36,327 nt of DNA from an uncultured Selenomonadaceae bacterium (GTDB taxonomy: Bacteria; Bacillota; Negativicutes; Selenomonadales; Selenomonadaceae). Below, piece by piece: positions 1 through 6,923 of this stretch. The stretch covers positions 1-36,327 of the forward strand of contig CAJODU010000010.1 of assembly GCA_905233325.1 (NCBI GenBank), read 5' to 3'. Under the pieces are notes generated by a model. That model worked only from the letters and a program-made list of their open reading frames with translations, searched no databases and was not told where the DNA came from. The first letter of the stretch is position 1; every line of letters starts with the position of its first letter. Position numbers and translations under genes: made by a program.

Positions 1-2618
1 TAAATCTTGCAAAGCTGCCATTTTTGCCCTTGATAACCTCCAGCTTGGCACTTATCTGCTGCTTGAGTTCCTCAACGTGAGAGATAATCCCGACAAGCCT
101 GCCGTCCCTCTTGAGGTCGTTGAGAGCGCGGATCGTTAAATCAAGAGTGTCGCTGTCAAGTGAGCCGAAACCCTCGTCAATGAAGATAGTATCAAGTTTA
201 ATTCCCCCTGCATTGTTTTGGACAACATCAGCCAACCCTAAGGCAAGAGAGAGGGAGGCAAGAAAAGATTCGCCGCCGGAGAGGGTCTCAACGGGACGGG
301 TGGAGCTTGTAAACTCGTCGTAAATCTCAAAATCCAGCCCGTAAAACTTGGCGTGGGAACTGGTCGACGATGCCCTGTAAGCAAGGCTGTAGCGGTTGTC
401 GCTCATAATCTTGAGCCGCTCGTTGGCCTCGTAGATGATATCCTGGAACATAGCATTTAGTATATAAGTTTGAAATTTCATATGGTGAGGATTGAAACCG
501 TTGGCAATGCGTGAAAGTTTCAGCCAGGTTTCACATTCTCGTTCGCGTTTTGCGATATGCTCTTGCAATTCTTTGATTGAGGTGAGCGACTTTTTGAGTT
601 GATCGCACCTTGCAGAAAGTTCATATGTCCGCTTGGTTTGCGTATTGTAAGCCTCTTCAAGCTCTTCAGATTTTTTAGTTAAAGCCTCAATATCTGGCTT
701 GGTCTTACCTTGTAGCTGTGACGTCAATTTAAGGCAGCTATCTTTGATAGTATGATAGGCGGAACTTTTGGCTGAGACTTGTTTCTCAAGGTTGTGATAG
801 TTGGTTTGTGCTGTGTTCCAAGCAGTATTCATTTCGTTGAGGCTTGCAGCGACGGTCTTGATCTCACTTTTCAAATCAGTGCTGCCGGTGTCGGTTTTGT
901 AACGAGCGTCAATTTGAGCCTCTTTCTCGTTGATGATACCTAACAATTTGGAGGCTGTATTGGCGGCATTTTTATACTCTTCGTCCTTGACTTTGAGTTC
1001 ATCTTTAATTTCCTGAAGGAGACGTTTGCCCTTTTTGAATCGTTTTTCGGCCTCTATGAATTTAGCCTTGTTTTGTTGCTCTTCTTGACGTTTTTGTTTC
1101 CAGTAAGCCGTCTCACCGAGATCACCCTTTTGAGCGATTGTATCTTGGTGAGTTTGAAGTTTGGCTTTATACTCGGCGAGCTTGGTGTCTGCGGCTGTTT
1201 TTCGATCATTAATTTTTTTCAAGGTCTTCTCTGCCTCTTCGATCTCCTCATCAGTAGGGATCAGTTCCTCGGATACCGCCAGCTTGGGGTGGACAGTTGA
1301 GCCGCAGACAGGGCAGGGATCACCGTCCCTCAAGTTATGTGCCAAAAGTGCCGCCCTGCCGAGCCTTGCAAGCTGTTTCAAGCGATCTATGCTGCGTTGT
1401 TGCTTTATACGTTCTTCTTCAATATCAGCACAAGCCTTTATTGCCGTCTCAATCAGCTTGTTAGTCGCCTTTATGTCATTGAGCAACTTGTCGCGAGATT
1501 CGCATTCTTTGACTTTGGCATCGTATTTTTCAAAATCCGCCGCAACCTTAGAGTAGGCCTTGGTTTCACGGAGAAGTTCATCAAGTCTGCCCTCATAGGC
1601 CGCCGCTTTCTTGTTAAGGTTTTTAATATCATTAGACGCTGCCTTTGCCTTGTCGTCTGCGACTTTGAAGTCCTTTTCGGCATTTCGGAGTTGGGTGAGC
1701 AGTTCAAGCGTTTTGTTTAATTCTTCCAGACTTTTTTCAAGTTGTTTGCGATCATTTTCAAGATTCTTGTGCTTTTCATATTCGACCTTAGCTGTCTCCA
1801 TTTCAGTTTGAGCCTTTTGCCATTGCTTTTTGGCAGCCGTGAGTTTCTCTATTTCAGCATCACGCTCTTGGAATTTTTGATAGATGGCACGACCTTTTTC
1901 AAGGTTATCGCGAGCCTCTTTCCGAGAGACAGACAATGTCTTAGACAAAGCCTGTGCCTGCTCCAGGGCGATTTCAGCCGCCTTGATTAATTCCGTCAAT
2001 TCCTCATCAGTTTCGGCACCAAACTCACTGAGCTTGTCGCTATACTGTTTCTGAAAGTTTTGAAGTTCAGCGTTGAGAGTATCAGCCTTGCTCTTGAGGT
2101 GTTCCTCAACGAGTTTGTAGAAACCCGCATTAAAGAGCGTATCAAGGATTTTCTGTCGGTCAGTCGTCTTGGAGAAGAGGAACTTTTTAAATTCACCCTG
2201 CTGAAGGAGGATTACCTGGCGGAATTGTTCACTACCGAAACCTATCAGTTCCATGATTCGGGCGGAGACGTTCTTGGTGAGGACTGTGCCGGAGTTCGGA
2301 GGAGGTCTTTTGGAGATTGGCGGAGATTGTCCGCTTTACCCTGTAGAGTTTTTCACCAAGGGCAAAAGTGAAGTCAACTTCGGTGGGGGTGTCGGCGTCA
2401 GCATGCTCGGAGCGCATCATCTTGCCATCTTTACCGTTTCCTAGGTTGTTGTTGCCGTAGAGGGCAAAGAGGATAGCGTCGAAAATGGTGGTCTTACCCG
2501 CACCGGTTGGGCCGTGAATTAAAAAAAGATTGTCACCGGCAAGCCCCTCCTCAAAATTTATATATTGACGCTTGGCATAAGATCCAAAAGCAGTTATAGA
2601 CAAGCTAATCGGTCTCAC
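1..2618 (-). pseudogene. sbcC: SbcC/Rad50-family ATPase subunit of the SbcCD nuclease. It is interrupted by a frameshift: the N-terminal 128 codons are at 2232..2618, and the rest lies in another frame from 2335 to beyond position 1.
   Basis: The GTG start at 2618 lies 1 nt after the sbcD stop and follows GAGGGGG. The N-terminal ORF carries Walker A GPTGAGKTT. My own translation of the minus frame with codons at 2254, 2251, ... is open from 2335 to position 1. It encodes a long coiled coil, zinc hook CPVCG, ABC signature LSGGE, Walker B IFIDEGFGSLD and H-loop ISHV. This ORF is absent from the track because it has no stop in the window. Confidence 0.8.
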
Positions 2619-2619
2619 T

Positions 2620-3744
2620 TTACAGCCCCCTCTCTATATCTTCAATCAAATCTGTCATTACGGACAATTCTTCATCAGATAATGATTCGCCGGTGGTGTC
2701 TTTGAAGAATTTTTTGAAGAGGTCGATGTGAGAGACATTCTCGATGGATTTAGCACCATTGCTACTTCCTGCCAATACTCTATCAACGGGCTTGATTTCC
2801 AGGAGATTAGGGAACTTCTTGCGCAGAAGGGCGTTGTGACTGTTTATCATTACGCCTTCATACTGTACGGAGATATAGTCGTCAGAATCGGCTTCATTGT
2901 TGAGAATATCAACCGCTTTGCCTTTGATCACTCTGACATCATGCAAGGGGTTGAGGGGGAGGATTTGCGTGATAATATTACCCTCACCGTCAATGTCAAC
3001 TAGAGTGATACTTTTGGATTGTTTCCACTCGTCGAAGGAGTATTTCAGCAAGGAGCCGCTGTATCTAATATTTCTATCATTCAAAGTTGAGCCGTGGAGG
3101 TGTCCGAGGGCGGTGTAATTGAAGTCCTTAAAGTGGTGAGGACTGACTTGACCGGCACCGCCGGGTAGTTTCTTTTCGGAGCCGGATTCAACACCGCCGG
3201 CTATGAAGGCGTGACTGACGGCAATGCTGCGGGCGTTAGTCGGAATAGTGGAGCGAGCAGCTTTGACGAGGACAGCCGCAGCGTCGTTGTAGGTGAAGTC
3301 CTCATCAGTGTCAACGTCGAAGGCGGTCTTGACTTTTGGGGGATCAAAGTAGGGAATCAGTGAGAAGTAGACTTCACCGAAGGAATCCTTGAGGACAACA
3401 GGATCAGCAACCTCGGTGAGCTTGGCGCGAATGTGGAAGTTGGTATTGTCAAAGAGTTTGCTGCCGAAGTTCAATCTGCCCTCGCTGTCGTGATTTCCGG
3501 CAATGCAAAGGACGTGGAGATCGTGCTTGATGATGAGTTCGTTGAGGACGTGATCAAAAAGATTGACAGCATCTTCCGGAGGGATATTTCTATCATAAAT
3601 ATCACCGGCAATGAGGATTGCGTCAACGTTTTGGGTGTCAACTATCTCTAAAAATTGATCGAGAATATATCTTTGATCTTCAATAAGCGACCGGCTTTTC
3701 AGATACTTACCCAAGTGCCAGTCAGCCGTGTGAATAAACCTCAT
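2620..3744 (-). CDS. sbcD: SbcD/Mre11-family nuclease subunit (calcineurin-like phosphoesterase)
   Basis: Motifs MRFIHTADWHLG, GDIYD, GNHD and HAF are present. ATG 3744 is preceded by AAGGAG (3752-3757). The 18 extra codons in the track ORF (up to 3798) are probably 5' UTR. Confidence 0.9.
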   Translation of the reverse strand: MRFIHTADWHLGKYLKSRSLIEDQRYILDQFLEIVDTQNVDAILIAGDIYDRNIPPEDAVNLFDHVLNELIIKHDLHVLCIAGNHDSEGRLNFGSKLFDNTNFHIRAKLTEVADPVVLKDSFGEVYFSLIPYFDPPKVKTAFDVDTDEDFTYNDAAAVLVKAARSTIPTNARSIAVSHAFIAGGVESGSEKKLPGGAGQVSPHHFKDFNYTALGHLHGSTLNDRNIRYSGSLLKYSFDEWKQSKSITLVDIDGEGNIITQILPLNPLHDVRVIKGKAVDILNNEADSDDYISVQYEGVMINSHNALLRKKFPNLLEIKPVDRVLAGSSNGAKSIENVSHIDLFKKFFKDTTGESLSDEELSVMTDLIEDIERGL

Positions 3745-3769
3745 AATATCGCTCCTTTTAATATTAGAT

Positions 3770-3798
3770 AACATATCACAGATTGCTTGAAATTGCAA
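3770..3798 (-). promoter_or_regulatory. Candidate sigma-70 promoter for sbcDC (TTGCAA-17-TATGTT with a TG extension)
   Basis: -35 TTGCAA is at 3793-3798, the spacer is 17 nt, and -10 TATGTT is at 3770-3775 preceded by TGa. Confidence 0.35.
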
Positions 3799-3874
3799 GC
3801 CTTTGGGTGCGTTTTTTGATTTTTGAACTCAATCAATGCAGGAGATTTTGATTTTGTCAAATTCGCAAAAAATC

Positions 3875-3903
3875 TTGCATTTCGCAAATACATTTGCTAA
3901 ACT
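3875..3903 (+). promoter_or_regulatory. Candidate sigma-70 promoter for the esterase-like gene (TTGCAT-17-TAAACT)
   Basis: -35 is at 3875-3880, -10 is at 3898-3903, about 40 nt upstream of ATG 3945. Confidence 0.4.
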
Positions 3904-3944
3904 ATGGTGGAAAAAATAGATTTGAGATCAATGTGAGGTGGGAT

Positions 3945-5930
3945 ATGAAAAAATTATTCACTATTGAAGAGTTTGCGATTACCTTTGTTGCAGCTCTCGG
4001 CTATGGATTCAGCTTTGAAATTCCCAAAATTCTGGGTTATCCGGAATGGCTGTGCGGAGTGATTTGCCTTGTTGCCGGAATACCGCTGGAAATGCTGGAA
4101 CGTAAGATCGTTTTCAGCGGGGTCGTACAGAAAAAAAGGGTACGCCGCTATATGGCTCTTGCCGCACTCGTTCTCGTCTGTTTGCTTGCCCAATATTTCG
4201 CCATGTACCATATGAATGTGGATATGTCAAAATATGTAACAGGGCAGTATGGATTTATCATCATCATCACACTTCTAATTTTCACTTTCAGAATGATCAT
4301 TCGCTGGTATCAAATCCGAAAAATCCGTCAGCACTACGGTGAGGGGGAGAGCGGTTTCTTATTTGACGGTCTGCTGAAAAAAAGCGATCTTGATGAACTG
4401 AATCGGCAAAATCAGCCAATCCGCGGCTCATATGATGAGGATCGTGCAGTAAAGACAAGAACAGGTGTCTTTGTCGGTGAAAAATATAATAATTCCCTTT
4501 TTTTCTGCGGTATTCCTTACGCCAAGCCACCCGTCGGCGAACGTCGCTGGAAAGCTCCTGAGTTACTGCCTGAATCAAATGATGTGTTTGAGGCTAAATA
4601 TTTAGGCGCATCTGCAATTCAAGTTGATTACAACGGTTCGCTCTTAAAACACCACAGACAAAGCGAGGATTGCTTGACGCTGAATATTTGTACAGACGGT
4701 AAGAAGACGACCCAAAAAAAGCCGGTCATTGTAATTTTTCACCATGGTGATTTTTCATATGGCGGCAGTGCCGATCCGCTGCTGTATGGTGAAAATTTTA
4801 TCCGCAACTATCCGAATACTGTGGGAATCACCTTCAATTACCGCCTCGGAATCTTCGGCTTTATTGATTTTTCCGAGACACCCGGTGGCGAGGCTTATCC
4901 CGACGCACTTAATCTCGGCTTGCTCGATCAGATCGCGGCACTTAGATGGATTAAAGAGAATATCTCCGCCTTTGGTGGTGATCCCGAACGAATTACCGTA
5001 ATGGGTTTTGAATCGGGAGCAATCTCCATCAGTCTCCTTGCGGCGTCCGAACAAGCGAAGGGACTTTTCCAAAAAGCATTCATATTTTCAGGAAGTCCCC
5101 TGGCGGCTTACGATAATCCGAAAACATCAAGAAATTTAGCGAAAAAGCTCCTGCAAGAAACCTCTACAACAACGATGGAAGAGCTTTTAAGACTTCCGAC
5201 AGAAAAATTGAAAGAAGTGTCGCAAAAACTTGCACTGGATTTATCCGGCCCAACCCGAGACGATAAACTTATTCCCGTTGACGTGTGTGCTGCTTATCGA
5301 AACGGAGCCGCTTCCGGCATCAAATTCATAATCGGTATACCAAATAATGAAAGGCAAATTTACAAATCATTTGTCGGCGATCAAAAATACGAGGATCTTA
5401 TATCAAAGGAACTGACCTACATTCTGCATTACCTTGAGGGGGACTATCCCGCCGAAATAAAAGCCGTAAAAGCCTATATCGAAGAGCAAACGGCGGTAAG
5501 ACCTGCATTGGAAGTAAAAGCAAAGCTGGTGGAGCAATTTGGCGTTTTAGGTGCCTATCTTTGTGCGAAAAAATTATCAGAGAGCGGAAATCAAGTCCAT
5601 ATGCTTTACTGGTCTATGAAACCTCTGATTGAAAACCTGGGTTCCGGCACTGTGGATGCGGTGGCAACTTTTTTGGGAAATCAAAAGTCGGTGCAAATGT
5701 ACGGCAATGTGCTGAATCAGGATATAGCCGAAACTCTACAGAAACTGTTTCGGAAATTTGAAAACGAGGACGAGATGCGGCTTTTCAATAATGAAATCAA
5801 GGGAATCAGTGCCGTTGACTGGAAAGCGTTTCCACAAGCTCTCATTGTTTCCGAGAAATCATTTCAATGCGAGCCGATTGCTGACAAGTTGACTGATATC
5901 AAATGCTTGCTAAAAATTCTTGAAGGATAA
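3945..5930 (+). CDS. Membrane-anchored type-B carboxylesterase-fold protein: about 150 aa N-terminal 4-TM domain plus a COesterase-like domain with degenerate catalytic motifs
   Basis: ATG 3945 follows GAGGTG. Four hydrophobic helices are followed by RWYQIRKIRQH. Family motifs GIPYAKPPVGERRW, SEDCLTLNI, NYRLGIFGF and LGLLDQIAALRWIKENISAFGGDP are present. The nucleophile elbow reads GFESGA, the oxyanion motif reads HHGD and the His position reads GSGT. Confidence 0.75.
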   Translation: MKKLFTIEEFAITFVAALGYGFSFEIPKILGYPEWLCGVICLVAGIPLEMLERKIVFSGVVQKKRVRRYMALAALVLVCLLAQYFAMYHMNVDMSKYVTGQYGFIIIITLLIFTFRMIIRWYQIRKIRQHYGEGESGFLFDGLLKKSDLDELNRQNQPIRGSYDEDRAVKTRTGVFVGEKYNNSLFFCGIPYAKPPVGERRWKAPELLPESNDVFEAKYLGASAIQVDYNGSLLKHHRQSEDCLTLNICTDGKKTTQKKPVIVIFHHGDFSYGGSADPLLYGENFIRNYPNTVGITFNYRLGIFGFIDFSETPGGEAYPDALNLGLLDQIAALRWIKENISAFGGDPERITVMGFESGAISISLLAASEQAKGLFQKAFIFSGSPLAAYDNPKTSRNLAKKLLQETSTTTMEELLRLPTEKLKEVSQKLALDLSGPTRDDKLIPVDVCAAYRNGAASGIKFIIGIPNNERQIYKSFVGDQKYEDLISKELTYILHYLEGDYPAEIKAVKAYIEEQTAVRPALEVKAKLVEQFGVLGAYLCAKKLSESGNQVHMLYWSMKPLIENLGSGTVDAVATFLGNQKSVQMYGNVLNQDIAETLQKLFRKFENEDEMRLFNNEIKGISAVDWKAFPQALIVSEKSFQCEPIADKLTDIKCLLKILEG

Positions 5931-5956
5931 TAAAATTTAAAAAAGGAGAATTTAAT

Positions 5957-6640
5957 ATGAAAAAATTTTTTTCGCTTTTAATTTCTTTAACTCTGATCTG
6001 CTTGTTTGCTACTTCTACAGTCACTTTTGCAAAGATGACAAAGGAAGAAACACGTGCAAAATTGGATAAAATGTCTGTAGAAGTCCTGGATAAAATGTAT
6101 GCAAAATATCCTGATTCAAAGTCGGCGGTTGAAAAATCTTACGCCTACTGTACAATCAGTGCTGCCGGTGTCAAATGGGGATTTTTGGGTGACGATCACG
6201 GTCGCGGACTTGCTTACAACAAAGAAACAGGCAAAAAAATTTATATGAAGATGAAGGAAGTGAGTCTCGGCGTAAATTTCGGTGCGAAGGAATATGACTT
6301 GCTTTTTGTTATTCAAAATCAAACTGCTTGGGAAAGATTTATTTCCGGAAATATAAAATTTGGAACTGAAGTTTCAGCTCAGGCAAGCGACGGAGTGAGT
6401 GGCGACACTTTTGCCAACGCGACTATTGTTGCAAATGGCGTGTGGCTTTATCAACTTGATAAAAAGGGATTGGCTGTTGAATTATCTTTGAAGGGTGCGA
6501 GAATTTCTCCATTCAGAACGCTCAATGATAAAGAAGAGCCTAATGATAAAAAAGAGATTAATGACAATGAAGAGGCTAATGATGAAAAAGACTCTAATGC
6601 TGAAGAAAATCTCAATGATAAAGAAGTGGTCACTAAATGA
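5957..6640 (+). CDS. Secreted/lipid-binding SYLF (Ysc84-like) domain protein with an acidic repeat tail
   Basis: AAGGAG lies 8 nt upstream of the ATG. The signal peptide is MKKFFSLLISLTLICLFATSTVTFA. The core sequence AYCTISAAGVKWGFLGDDHGRGLAY...GVNFGAKEYDLLFV...FGTEVSAQASDG resembles the SYLF family. The tail is (x-N-D-x-E-E) x6. Confidence 0.6.
   Translation: MKKFFSLLISLTLICLFATSTVTFAKMTKEETRAKLDKMSVEVLDKMYAKYPDSKSAVEKSYAYCTISAAGVKWGFLGDDHGRGLAYNKETGKKIYMKMKEVSLGVNFGAKEYDLLFVIQNQTAWERFISGNIKFGTEVSAQASDGVSGDTFANATIVANGVWLYQLDKKGLAVELSLKGARISPFRTLNDKEEPNDKKEINDNEEANDEKDSNAEENLNDKEVVTK
6521..6628 (+). repeat. Six tandem 18-bp imperfect repeats (consensus nyTAATGATAAAGAAGAG), in frame within the 3' end of the SYLF gene
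   Basis: Units start at 6521, 6539, 6557, 6575, 6593 and 6611. The first and last units differ at 1 of 18 positions. Confidence 0.85.
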
Positions 6641-6736
6641 ATAATTTTTTTAAGATGAATGCAATCGCTATCCTTTTTGTATTTATTTTCACTTTGGCAC
6701 ATATTTTGTGATTGCATATTTTTTCCTCCTATTCGG

Positions 6737-6764
6737 ATTTTACCACAAATTTTTTGTCCGTCAA
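6737..6764 (-). promoter_or_regulatory. Strong sigma-70-like promoter on the minus strand (TTGACG-16-TAAAAT), pointing into the 3' end of the SYLF gene
   Basis: -35 is at 6759-6764 and -10 is at 6737-6742. It is followed by AGGAGG (6725-6730), 7 nt, then ATG (6715-6717). Confidence 0.45.
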
Positions 6765-6923
6765 ATCGGACAGAGTGGCAATGTGTGGTTTGATCATTTC
6801 ATGCTGCCCAAAAAGCAGCGGAATCAGCCGTGGATTGTAGCCAGACCGCAAAAATAAGATGAAATATCTTAAATGATAACGTAAAAATTTGTAATATCAA
6901 TATAAAGGAAAAGGAATTAATTA

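Noticed and set aside
1073-2371. A cluster of plus-strand track ORFs (for example 1161..1556 and 1337..1720) covering the sbcC region
   Set aside because: They are serine/leucine/phenylalanine-rich, low-complexity shadows of the Glu/Lys-rich SbcC coiled coil on the opposite strand. They have no SD sequences, whereas the minus strand encodes a full set of SbcC motifs.
3745-3798. N-terminal extensions in the ORF track (sbcD to 3798, esterase from 3894, purC from 10864, dnaG to 19113, glyS to 23065, PPase from 32166)
   Set aside because: In each case an internal ATG is preceded by a good GGAGG/GGTGA-type SD at 5-9 nt, and the conserved N-terminal motif begins there. The extensions lack SDs or include the SD itself.
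6521-6628. The 18-bp repeat array as a possible CRISPR or mini-satellite regulatory element
   Set aside because: The units are contiguous with no spacers, are in frame and lie inside a coding region. No cas genes or leader are present.
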